Of a DNA stretch of 64,000 bases, positions 38,801-50,706 are shown one piece after another (the first letter of the stretch is position 1; each line of letters begins with the position of its first letter). Source of the stretch: Mustelus asterias (Eukaryota); assembly GCF_964213995.1 (NCBI RefSeq), contig NW_027591085.1, positions 1-64,000 on the forward strand, given 5' to 3'. The translations under genes and the position numbers were made by a program. Under the pieces are notes generated by a model, which was not told where the DNA came from, did not search any database, and saw nothing but the letters and a program-made list of their open reading frames with translations.

Positions 38801-40410
38801 CACTCTCACTCACTCATCCCCACTCACTCATCCCCACTCACTCATCCCCGCTCACTCATCCCCGCTCACTCATCCCCGCTCACTCATCCCCGCTCACTCA
38901 TCCCCGCTCACTCTCCCTTGCTCACTCATCCAACCTCACACACTCACCCTCACACACTCACCCTCACACACTCACCCTCACACACTCACCCTCATACACT
39001 CAGCCTCACACACTCACCCTCACACACTCACCCTCACACACTCACCTTCACACACTCACCTTCACACACTCAACCTCAAACACTGAGCATCACACACTCA
39101 ACCTCACACACTCAACCTCACACACTCTACCTCACACACTCTACCTCACACACTCTACCTCACATAGTCACCCTCACACACTCACCCTCAGAAACTCACT
39201 GATCCTCATTCACCCTGAGTCACTCACCCTCACACCCTCACTCACTCACAATCACTCACAAACATTCGCTCACTCACTCTCACCCATCCTCACTCACTCA
39301 CCCACACTCACTCACACACCCTCACTCAACCTCACTCATTCAACCTCAATCACACATCCTGAATCACTCATCCTCACACCCTCACTTACTCACTCACATT
39401 CAGTCACCCTCATTCACTCACTCTCACACCCTCACTCACGCACCCGCATTCATTCACTCACACTCACTCACCCTCAGATACCCTCATTTACTCACCCTCA
39501 TTCACGCACTGTCACTCAGCCACCCACACTCACACACCATCACACACTCAACCTCACTCACTAACCCTCAGTCACTCACCAACACTCATACTCACCCTCA
39601 TTCACTCACCCTACTTACCCACCCTCACTCACCCAGTCTCACTCACTCTCACTCACTCACCGCACTTACCCACCCTCACTCATCCAGTCTCACTCACTCC
39701 ACTCACCCTCACTCACTCTCCCCACTTACCCACCCTCACTCACCTAGACTCACCCCCACACACTCAAGCTCAATCACCCTCTCTCTTTCACTTACGCCAC
39801 CTGACCCATTCAAACTCACTCAGACTCACGCACCTACATTCACTCACACACCCTCACGTACTCACCATCACTCAACTTCACCCACCCTAACTCACAGATC
39901 CTCAATCACTCAACCTCACTCAAACACCTTCACTCACTCATCCTCACTCATCCACCCATCCGCATTCAATCTCCCTCACAGTCTCACACACCACCCCCAA
40001 TAACACACCCTGACTTACTCACTCTCTCACCCTCATTTACTAAGTCATATTCATTCCCTCACCCTCATTCACTCGCTCTCACTCACCCACCTTCGCTAAC
40101 CTTCATGCATCCTCACTCACTCACCCTCATTCATTCATTCTCGCTCACCAACATTCACTCACACACTTTCACTCACCCATTCAGCCACCGTCACTCACAC
40201 ACCCCCTCTCGCACACACCCTCATTTACTAACGCCCTCTCACCCTCACCCACACTTACTCACTCACCCTCAATCACTCATCCTCACTCAAAGAACTTCAT
40301 TCACTCACCCTCACTTATCCACTCTCTGTCACTCACACACCATCACTCATCCACTCTCACTCCTTCACTCACTCATCCTCACGCACTCACATTCTCTCAC
40401 TCACCCTCAC
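35890..40410 (+). repeat. C/A-rich low-complexity tract in the J-C intron: (CA)/(CT) microsatellite 35890-37770 and CACACTCACCCTCA-type minisatellite 38690-40410
   Basis: Direct inspection; produces spurious His/Thr/Ser/Leu ORFs. Confidence 0.95.
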
Positions 40411-40544
40411 TAAACCTGTGTGTGGAGGTCTGCAACGAGAGAGAAGAACGATCTCAAGCGGCAGTTTGGTGTTCAAATGTGGGAGCTGCCCTGCGAATGT
40501 GGAGAGCTGGGGGAAATCCCTGGGGGCTCAGGGCCAAGGACAAT

Positions 40545-41120
40545 GGCAAAGAGCGGGGGAGAACAGGAGGCGTGGTAAAGGGCAGAGAGCAGGGGGGGGG
40601 AGGGGGGAGGGCAGAGAGCAGAGGCGGGGGGGGGGGGGGAAGGAGGGGTGCGGAGGAGGGCAGAGAGCCAGGAGAAAGGGCAGGGAGCCAGGTGAAAGGC
40701 AAAGAACCAGGGGAAAGGGCAGAGGGACCAGGGAAAGGGGAGAGAGCCAGGAATAAGGGCAGGGAAGCCGGGGAAACGACAGGGAGCCGAGGAATAGTGA
40801 AAGAGAGCCCAGGGGAAAGGGCAGAGATTCAGGGAGAAAGGCAGAGAGTCAGGGGGAAAGGGCAGAGAGCCGGGGTAACGGTCAGAGAGCCAAGGGAAAG
40901 GGGAAAGTGGATAGGGAGCAGGGACACCGGGCAGAGAGCCGGGGGAAAGTGTAGGGAGCCGAGGGAAAGGGCAGATAGCCGGGGGAGAGGGCACAGAGCT
41001 GGAGGGAAGTGTAGAGAGCCAGGTGGAAGTGCGGAGAGCCGGGTGAAAGGGGTAAAGAGCCACAGGGAATAGCAGAGAGCCAGGGGAAAGGGCAGAGAAT
41101 CGGGGGAAATGGGCAGAGAG
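40545..41120 (+). repeat. G/purine-rich ~20-21 bp tandem repeat (GGGCAGAGAGCCAGGGGAAA-like)
   Basis: Roughly 25-28 degenerate copies with G-runs on the + strand. Confidence 0.9.
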
Positions 41121-41446
41121 TGGGTGATCGACGTGGGGAGTGAGGATGTGCAAAATAGAGCTAGCACCACAACCAGATCATCTGTAATCTCAGTGAATAA
41201 TGGAGGAGACTTCAGGGCCCGAATGGCCAACTCTTGCTATTAATGTCTGACCCTTCAATTAGTCAATGTTGCAATTATTTGAATTTGTAATCACATTGAG
41301 AGTTTCCTGGTCATTCAGTAAGTATTCATTCCGAAGGTAGTTTTGAAGCAAAGTCACTCATCTTCGTTTTGTGGAGTGAGGGGCAGTGAGTTGGAGAGAG
41401 GAAGGGACATCAGTTAGTTTGTACATGGGCAATATCCAAAACTACA

Positions 41447-41563
41447 ATGTGGATATGCCGACGCCAGGTTGGGGTGGGCACAGTAAGGAGTCTCACAACA
41501 CCAGGTTAAAGTACAACAGACTTATTTGGAATCGTGAGCTTTTGGAGCTCTTTCATCAGGTGA
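41447..41563 (-). mobile_element. Penelope-like pLTR fragment (family 1), degraded hammerhead
   Basis: Reverse copy of the 2878/48021 element (CAGTAAG..TCTCACAACACCAGGTTAAAGT..., TTCATCAGGTGA). Confidence 0.7.
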
Positions 41564-42098
41564 GTGGCTGATATGAATGAAGAGACAACTTCTTCATCAC
41601 AAAGTGCTGTTGTTTGAGAAATAGCGAGTGCCTGAAGTAATGGAGAAACTCTTTACACTTCTCTGTTAATCTAATGAATGGTATGTCATTACAATGACAT
41701 CAAAATGTTTTTGTCTTTCCAATCTGATAGAGGTCGAGACAGTGATGTGAGTTTCTACAAAGATGGCGATTCTCAAATGATAGGAGTAACAAAAGCTGAA
41801 AGGTGTATGTAGGTCTTAATCGGGAAATATTAAGTTAAGTTCATAATTCTAGACAAATCGTGATGTAGAAACATAGAAAATAGAAGCAGCAGTAGGCCAT
41901 TCGGCCCTCTGACCCTGCTCTACCATTCACTTTGATCACAGCTCATCAATATCCTGACCCCGTCTACTACCCATATCCATTGATCCCTTTAGCCCCAAGA
42001 GCTATACCTAATATAGAAACTTACTTGTATAAATATGTTTGACTAATTAATAAACGCAGGTAAGAGTCTAACTTGTTGAATCGACTATTCTTTCCCAG

Positions 42099-42398
42099 CG
42101 ACACCGTCTCTGCCCAATCTGTACAGCCTGATCTCCTCCTGTCAGCAACCCAACACCGGCGGCTCCGTCACCTATGGCTGTTTGGCGATGGACTACTCCC
42201 CAGAAATCACCAGTCTCACCTGGAAGAAAAATGGACAGCTGATCACCACTGGATTTAAGACTTACCCATCAGTGAGAAACACGAAGGGAACCTACACCCT
42301 GAGCAGCCAGTTAACCATCACCCAGTCAAAGGGAGAGTGCAGCAAAATCGACTGTGAGGTTCGACACAGCGGCTCAGTCAAGAGCATTGAAATGCAAT
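42099..42398 (+). CDS. IGHM: IgM Cmu1 exon ([17 protein letters not shown]...[19 protein letters not shown]...[15 protein letters not shown])
   Basis: Acceptor TTTCCCAG; 300-nt open Ig C1-set domain with both Cys and Trp; donor T|GTAAGT. Confidence 0.95.
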
Positions 42399-42539
42399 GT
42401 AAGTGTTGTGGAACCTGGGCAAGACAGGGGCGCTCTGATTGAACTCTATAAGGCCTTTGTTATAACTGATCTGTAGCATTCTGAAAAATTGAATTATGCA
42501 AAATCCAGGTAAGTGTCTACTGACTGAAAAGTTGCTCAG

Positions 42540-43290
42540 AATCAAAGAACAACAGAAATGATACTGTGCAGAATGAGGCCATTTAGCCCATCATGTCTGT
42601 GCTGGTCAAAAGGGAGAACAAATAAACTAGCCAGACAAGTTAAGTCTATTTTCCAGCCCTTGCTCCGTAGCATTGCAGCTTAAAGCAATTGAGATGCAGA
42701 CCCAGATACCTTTTAAATGACCATGCTCCCTGGTAATTGAGCCCTCCACTTGGGGAATGAATTATTTCTGCCTACGTCCCTTATTTTTTTGTGAACCACA
42801 ATTATGTCACGCCTCAGCCTCCTCTTTTCCTAAAGAGAACAAACCCTGCCTATCCAATCTCGCCTCATGGCGGGAATTTTCAGGCCCTGGCAACATTCTT
42901 GTAAACCTCATCTCTCTCCAGAGTCATTACGTTATTCCTGCAACGTGGTGACCAGAACTGTACAGCAAACTCGAAACGTGGCCTAACTAGGTTTTATGCA
43001 TCTCCATCATTGCATCACTGTTTTTGCATTCAATATCTCACATAATAGAGAAACTAATCCGATATGCTTTCTTGATCAACTTTTCCAGCTGCCCTACCAT
43101 CTACAAGGACCTGTGGACGTGCACTCTAAGGTCTTGCATTTCCTCAATCCCACTTAACATTCCAGTTTATTGCCTTGCTTTGTTTTCCCTCCCCAAATGC
43201 ATTGTGTGGCACTTTTGACCGTTGAATTCCATTCGCCATTTCCCTGCCAATTCAACCAAACCATGGATATAATTCTCAAATCGGCAGCTA
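42540..43290 (-). mobile_element. Degraded CR1 fragment in the Cmu1-Cmu2 intron
   Basis: ORF 43167..43376 (KWRMEFN..KC..MHLG). Confidence 0.7.
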
Positions 43291-43370
43291 TTTTGCTCAA
43301 ATAAAAGAACTAATTTATAATTAATGTCAATTGAATCTTCAAGTAACGTCTGAACATTTGTTTGTTGAAG

Positions 43371-43682
43371 GCCCAATCGTTATCACCCCAACCGTTATCC
43401 TCACCGTGAGTTCCAGTGAAGAAATCACCACCAGAAAATTTGCAATCATCGTCTGTTCAATCATCGATTTCCAGCCAAAGTCAATGACGGTGAAGTGGCT
43501 GAAGAATGGACAACCCATGGATTCAGGAATTGTCACCTCTCCCGCCTATGAGGTGAACAGGAACTTCTCGGCCAGCAGTCGGCTGACAGTCTCCGCTCAG
43601 GAATGGATCAGCAAAGCGGTCTATACCTGCCAGGTCACTCATCAAGAATTCACTCAGAGTCAGAACATCAGCGGATCTCTGG
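43371..43682 (+). CDS. IGHM: IgM Cmu2 exon ([11 protein letters not shown]...[19 protein letters not shown]...[20 protein letters not shown])
   Basis: Acceptor TTGAAG at 43370; open Ig domain; donor G|GTAAGA at 43682/43683. Confidence 0.93.
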
Positions 43683-44605
43683 GTAAGAGACTCAAACCGA
43701 GGATAAAATAAAATATACCATTCCGATGTTAATCGGAATTAGGGGTCTATTAAAGTTAGTACAAAGCACAGAACAACTTCTAATTTGCTGTCATGTGGTT
43801 TGCTGCATTAGGACAGTGCCCCATTCAGAATTTCATCACAACAGCAATTTTTGTTATTCCTTCATGAGATGTGCATTTATTTCCCATCCCTGAGGGCACT
43901 TAAGTGTCAACCACGTTGCTGTGGACCTGGAGTCACATGCATGCCAGGCCAGATAAAGACAGCAGATTTACTTTTTTAAAGGGCATTCGTGAACCAGGTG
44001 GGCTTTTACAACAACGGCTTCATGATGATCATTTGACTTTTAATTATAGATTTTTATTGAATTCAAATTTCACCATTTGCAGTGGTGAGATTCGAATCCG
44101 TGTCTCTTCAATTAGAGTCTTGTCCTCGGTCTCTTGGATTACAAGTCCATTGACAATACCACTGCCTCCCCTTGAAAGAGTGTTTCTTTCTATTTTGAAG
44201 TAACATAGTGAGCGAGGCGGCCTTGATGTCAGCTTTTTTCCTGAGACGGCTGGTAAGATTTGGAGAAACAGTTGGTGTTGGACTGTTTCACAGGTCAAAG
44301 CGGAGGGGTTAAATGTTGGAAAGTGCATTCACCCTAATAATAAATCAATGACAAGTGCTGTGTTCCTGAGTAGGGGCATGGTTTGGAATGCTGCAATGCT
44401 GATTCATGAGAATGATACCGCTGCTAAAATATTTTAATAAAGAGAATAATTTCACAGAACAAGCTGGTTTTCCATCGTCTATAGAAGTTTAAAGGCGATA
44501 CTTAGAGGTTGATATCTCGAAGGCGACTTTTTCTCCTTCAGGCTGAATACTACTGTCCTGCTTCTGAAGAGGGAACTTGGGTTGATTTTCATTTGTCATT
44601 CACAG

Positions 44606-44914
44606 GTCCTTGCCAGTGCCATGATTCCACAGTGACGATACAGCCACCACCAATAGAACAGGTCTTACTGGAGGCAACAGTGACCTTAACCTGCATCATT
44701 TCTAATGCTCCTTATGGAGTCAATGTGTCCTGGATCCGAGACAGGAAGTATTTGAAATCAGAGATTGCCGAAAAGCCAGGAGCGGATCCTGACAGCGTGG
44801 TCAGCAAATTAAACATCTCGACAGAAGCCTGGCTGAGTGCGGCTGTGTTTCACTGCGTGGTGAGCCATCAGGATCTACCGACTCCTTTAAGAAAATCCAT
44901 CCACAAGGAAACAG
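44606..44914 (+). CDS. IGHM: IgM Cmu3 exon ([30 protein letters not shown]...[20 protein letters not shown])
   Basis: Acceptor TTCACAG; characteristic shark Cmu3 sequence; donor G|GTGAGC. Confidence 0.95.
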
Positions 44915-45410
44915 GTGAGCTGAGAGATTGAAGCAATAAATGTGTCACTGTGTCTATTTCCAGTGTCAGTGTACTGGTCAATATTTAGTATTCAGTGCAT
45001 TAATGGTGTCCCCTGAGTGGAAACTCCACTAACTAAAGACTCTGGTCCTGCAGATAGTTTTAGGGGGATATTTGATGTGTTGATGAATGAAAAGTGAACT
45101 GAAGGCGATGTTATTGGATTTAGATCGAATAAGGAGGGAGGAGCCTGATGTGGAGCATGAAAACCAATAAAAAAAGCAGATCAGTTGGGCCGAAGAGCCT
45201 GATTCAGTGCTGTAAACTTTCTGAAACTTTCCAGTCCAACCCGCTGAGTTATTTGAGAAAACAATTGCGTTCAACTCTCCTCCAAGCTGGAAGTCAAAAA
45301 TGGAAACATTTAAAATCGAAAGCGAAGCACATTTTTCTGATACCGAGCCAGCAGTTTCATTGTCTCCAGAATTCTCCAGTTTATTGACATTTATTGTACT
45401 TTTTCTGCAG

Positions 45411-45802
45411 ATCCAAATCCGCGGGAACCGTTCGTCTCTGTCCTCTTGCCCTCGGCAGAAGAAGTCTCCGCTCAGAGATTCGTCTCCCTCAGCTGCTTAG
45501 TGAGACGTTTCTCCCCTCGAGAGATCTTCGTCAAGTGGACCGTCAACGACAAGCCAGTGAATCCTGGGAACTATAAGAACACCGAGGTGGTCGCGGAGAG
45601 CGGGAATAGCTCCTTCTTCATGTACAGTCTGTTATCCATTGCAGCGGAGGAGTGGTCCAGCGGCGCTTCTTACTCCTGTGTGGTGGGACATGAAGCCATC
45701 CCCTTGAAGATCATCAACAGAACAGTTGACAAATCCAGCGGTAAACCCAGTTTTGTGAACATTTCCCTTGCACTGATGGACACCGTTAATTCATGTCAAT
45801 GA
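45411..45802 (+). CDS. IGHM: IgM Cmu4 exon plus secretory tailpiece (...[23 protein letters not shown]); internal donor for the membrane form at 45740/45741
   Basis: Acceptor TTTTCTGCAG; [11 protein letters not shown] motif; tailpiece with N-x-S site and penultimate Cys; AGCG|GTAAAC internal donor. Confidence 0.96.
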
Positions 45803-45829
45803 GAATCACTCGGTTACATTAAAAACTTC

Positions 45830-45844
45830 AATAAAAAGAATAAA
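45830..45844 (+). terminator. Secretory-form polyadenylation signals (two AATAAA)
   Basis: AATAAA at 45830-45835 and 45839-45844, ~30 nt after the stop. Confidence 0.8.
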
Positions 45845-46899
45845 ATCTTTTTCCTCCAACGATAAATGAAATACCCAATTGCTTAATTGATTGGTTTTCA
45901 ATTTTACTTCCACTATGTATCTTTGGTTTGAGTCAGGTATTTTCACGTCTTGGGCCCAAGCCTTGTTGAACCAGTGCACCCAGCTCAGATACACCCTGGG
46001 TTAGAGACAGAGTAGAGCACATTCATTACAGTATTCTGCAAAATATCTTCACCGACTTTCCTCCCACTGAGGAGAAATCTGACAATTTCAACATTTCTGA
46101 CAAACAAACACAATTTAGATCTCGGTATTCCTGCTTCTCTCATTGTCCATGCCTTTACCATTGATGTCAGCTTTAAGCTGCTGCACCACACCCACTGGGA
46201 ACTGAAGTGAGGGTCACACAGAAACATGGAGCAACAATCCCCCATCAGAGAGAGGAGAGAGTGAAATTGTTAACATACCGGACTCCTACTCACCCAACAA
46301 AGAGAGGGGAGAGCAGCAGCTAACCCATGTACCACCACTTCCTCAATGAAATGAGGAGGAATGTCATTATTTAATCCACTCACCTCCACCTCGTCACTGG
46401 TTAGAACCATCAGGCACATTGCTTCACCGGGTAGAGAGAGGGAAATTATGAGCTCACTCTCCTCCCTCTTCGCAAGTAACGTGTTTGGAAGGGACCAACT
46501 CTCTACTAGAAGAACCCAGTTGCCAACAGTACAAATTAGCTTCTGGTTTATTTGCTGCAGAGTTTGAAGTATCATTATCCTAATCAATGTGATGCATATA
46601 TACTTATGCAACATAATTATAAAATGTTTCTGCACTCTTGTTCCTGTTAATCATGTCCTGGCATTGATTTCCCATAATGCAAATTGAAACAAATGATTGA
46701 ATCCTCCCCGGTTTTTACTGTTCTGTCCCTGATGTTTCTGAGATGCATCAATGAATGATTTCATTCGTTCTCCTGATATCACCGTGCCACTCACATAAAC
46801 TACATTCATACAGCAAAACATTGAAAATATGCTCCATTATTCGTATTGTTTGGATCATTTTCAGTTAATGATTGCGGTGAAACTTGGAGCAACAGCTAA

Positions 46900-47385
46900 A
46901 AAATACACACACCCACAATACTCCACAAAACTGTCACAATTATAAATACACACATAAGCGCACACACACACACACTCACACACACACACACACACACACA
47001 CACATCGACACAAATGCACAACTACACACACAAATACACATACTCACACATATGCACACAAATACAGAAAGACACATGTAAATATACACACACAAACGCA
47101 TGCACATACCCCCACACACATACATATACAGAAATAGGGACAGGCACATTCAAATACAGACACAGAAACACACAAATACACAACAGATACACTTTCACAC
47201 ATCATAGGTACACTCAATACTTGCACAAACGAACACACATGCAGAGAAACAAGAATGCACACACAAATGCACTCATGGGCAAAACATGCACAAACAGAAA
47301 TACACACTTACACAAATACACCCACACAAAAATACACCCATACACAAACACATCCGTACACAAATATACATAGGGACACACCCAT

Positions 47386-47430
<45 letters not shown>

Positions 47431-48450
47431 TACACACGCACACATACACACACACACACACACATACGAACACATAGACACGCGCTCTTGGACAAACAGA
47501 CACTAAAACAACAACATACACACACATAATCAAATATGTACAAACGCACACATGTACACATGAAACACAAGTGCATACACATACACATACGTGAGTAGGT
47601 ACAGACTCAAACACAAACACATACATGCATAGACACAATACAGACAGATACACACGCATGCAGACCCACATAAATACACAAGCACATACTTAGACTCAAA
47701 TAAATACATATATTAGCACACGTTCACGCTGATAGGAATATAGATATAAAGACACACAATGTTATACACATTCACAAACATATATGGAAATACATATAAA
47801 CAAATCACCAGACTGCATATAGAAGAACAGACAGCAAAACATTTACACACAAACATGTAGACGCAAACATTAACATGCTCATAGAACAGAACACCATAGC
47901 ACACATTACTGCACATCGAAACACAAATATACATCAACGTACCGTTATAAAGAATGTCAACACGTGTATACATACACTGACATGTTAACAGGCGTGCACA
48001 GACGCACACAGAAAGGGAAACAGTAAGTAGTCACCTGATGAAGGGACAACGCTCCGAAAGCTCGTGCAACCAAATAAACCTGTTGGACTTTAATCTGGTG
48101 TTGTGAGACTACTTACTGTGCCGACCCCAGTCCAACGCCGGCAACTCCACAGAAAGGGAAACAAACATTATTAGAGTGACAGAAATTAACACATAGCAAT
48201 AGGCATAAACACATGTGCACGCATTAATAGTGGCATTAATATATATTCATAGACTTCACACAATAATAGAGTCATATATACACAATGACAAAAGAATAAA
48301 ATATGCGCACAGATGCAGACACACAACTACACAAATCAACAATCACTGGCAAATGAACGCGTACATTAACACTCATAATCACATATTAACTCAGAGCCAA
48401 AGATTAATGCAGAGCACGAGATGCTCATGCACACGCACACAAATGCAAAA
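46900..48450 (+). repeat. CA-rich low-complexity tract in the Cmu4-TM intron
   Basis: Direct inspection. Confidence 0.9.
48021..48151 (+). mobile_element. Penelope-like pLTR fragment (family 1) with hammerhead motif and TSD
   Basis: TCAC-CTGATGA-AGGGACAACGCTCC-GAAA-GCTC-GTG; flanking repeat CACAGAAAGGGAAACA at 48007-48022 and 48148-48163. Confidence 0.8.
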
Positions 48451-49022
48451 TCTTCAATACAAACGGTAGGCAAATGATGAAAGTAAAATTTAAACGTGAC
48501 TTTTTAATGGAGATATCCACAGATTTATTATCCCAATGTACAATGAACATATAAACACGCTGAGAAACTGAATTAAGCTCACGATCGACTAAATATTTCC
48601 ACCATAAAGAAGCACAGATCGGAAATTACATCCCAACTCTTAAACAACAACATTCACAGTTTACAGATCAGTAACCATCTGTGAAAACAATCATTGATCA
48701 GTGAACGTTCCTCGATATCAGTCATAATACTCTTCAATAAGGGATAGTTCCGAATTGTCAAAAAATCAACTGATTTTCAAGAAAACATCTTCAGTGCTTT
48801 CTGACATGGACTGTCCAAGGAATGTCAATAAAGATCAGGTGTGAAAATAGTTACGGAGATTGGTTACTGAGTGTCCTGAGCTTAAGAGTAGGTATACATT
48901 GAAAATTAAGTTCAAGAATAAATGAACAGTTTAAAAAGGAGAACGGGGAAAAGAAAAATAACAATAAGATTACCTGGATAAATAAAGTAATCTAATTTCC
49001 TCTCCTGGTCTCCGTCCCCTAG

Positions 49023-49150
49023 ACTCCACCGACCGCATCTGGATTGAAGACAATGAGGATGATAACAGTAACATCTGGACAACGGCTTCCACATTCATTG
49101 TCCTGTTCTTCCTGAGCATTTTCTACAGCACTGCGGTCACTCTGGTGAAG
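49023..49150 (+). CDS. IGHM: IgM TM1 exon (DSTDRIWIEDNEDDNSNIWTTASTFIVLFFLSIFYSTAVTLVK)
   Basis: Pyrimidine tract plus AG at 49021-49022; acidic spacer and conserved antigen-receptor TM motif (WTTASTF...LS.FYS..VTL); donor GTGAGA. Confidence 0.95.
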
Positions 49151-49290
49151 GTGAGATGATTGAATGCACTCACATATCAAACTGACAGAATGGATTTGAA
49201 AAATCTCTCAATGTTCCACTGATTAAAAACTCTAACTTTAATGTCCCGCATCATAAACATCTGCTTCATTATTGTATCTTTCTTTTACAG

Positions 49291-49299
49291 ATCAAGTGA
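49291..49299 (+). CDS. IGHM: IgM TM2 exon coding part (IK*), followed by 3' UTR
   Basis: Acceptor TCTTTTACAG then ATC AAG TGA; AATAAA at 49752-49757 is the likely polyA signal. Confidence 0.88.
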   Translation: MK

Positions 49300-50706
49300 T
49301 GGGTTGAATTTTGGATGCTGCAGATTTCCCTCAGCTGATTATTATGATCTCCGTATGACACAAATACAATATCTGCTCTTGGTGACTCTATCAGTAAAAT
49401 TCTCTCAGTTTATCATTCTGAATCTGTAACTGAGACAATCATAGACGGTATTTCAGTTTTCAGAGTGAAAAGCACGAGGCATTTTTTGTTATAATGTAAT
49501 TGTGGTTAACAGTTTCCCCATAGTTTAAATATCATGTATAAATAAGAAACTTTTCTCATTCCTTATCCATATTTGTTAATTCCTCTTTCTATTAAGGTCC
49601 TGTTTTCTCTTTCTGGTGTATGTAACAGATGTACAAATATTGACGGATTCCCTGTGCATGTGTTGTGTTCTCAATGTGAAGCTCGATCGTTAAATTCACT
49701 TTTCTAACTTTAAAAAATAATGTCGCTGTAAAATATTCTCTGAATTTTTAAAATAAATATTGAATGAAAATTTAACCATCTCTGGCTTGGTTTAATTCCG
49801 TTTTCCAAAGCCCATCAACTCCGCCCCATATTCCATATTATACGGTTTCCCCTCTTTCCCAGACATGTCTGTTCCCCAGTCCTGTGCGGGATGTGTTTGA
49901 ACTCAAGGCCGTTCAGTGAAAGAGTCACTGCGCCACCCAGTGGCCAATCCGTATAAAGACACCTTCATCTCTGCCTTTTTATGATAAAATCCAGAGACAG
50001 AGCGAGTGAAGAATGAGGAGAACCTCGGTGATTTCACTCATAAACTGGTCTGTCACTGACCGAGTTTCAGGTCATTCTAAAAAGCAAAGGCTCTATTTCA
50101 TCAGAGGCCGATGCAGGACAGTGTGTGGCAGAAGATAGTTTCCTTTACACTGCCCCTTAAAAAAACCACGCTGCAGCGTGGGTTAACAGTGTGAATCTCT
50201 CTATATTTCGTCCGATGAAATACTTACAAGGCAGACATGCCACAAGCTAGATAGAGAACACATACAGAGCAGAGGTGCAAACCATGAGGTGAAACCAAGA
50301 GACTGAGGTGCAGTTCACATAAGCACATAATAGATTACAAATTTCCAAATTAAGGCGAGTGCTATGGGATAATTTGAGATGACCAATACTGTATTTAACT
50401 ACAGACAATATAAAACTCACGTGGCAGATATCTCTGTGTAAGGACGGAACATTTATTTAAAACAAAAACAGAACTATCAGCTGCTTGGAGATGACCAAAA
50501 GGGTTAAGAAGCTCTGGAATAGAGCGGCAGGATCTTTCCGATGCATCTAACGTGTACCATCAATAACAGATCAATTATAGATTTTCGTACCGATCGTTTC
50601 GACCTCATGTTAGTTTAAGAATCAATTACGTTCAGTAAACATACATCAATAATAATTCCTGACAAGTTGCTCAGGCAATCGCATTTTACAACACAGCATA
50701 ATGATA

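Noticed and set aside
35830-40413. Long His/Thr/Ser/Leu-rich ORFs (e.g. 38665..39564, 299 aa)
   Set aside because: Translations of CA/CACT low-complexity repeats with no domain signal
40418-41230. Arg/Gly/Glu- and Pro/Leu-rich ORFs up to 226 aa
   Set aside because: By-products of the stop-poor G-rich tandem repeat
46677-46684. Perfect octamer ATGCAAAT in the Cmu4-TM intron (another at 21748-21755)
   Set aside because: A few chance hits are expected in 64 kb of AT-rich DNA; the 21748 hit is not conserved in the paralogous block and no supporting motif cluster was seen
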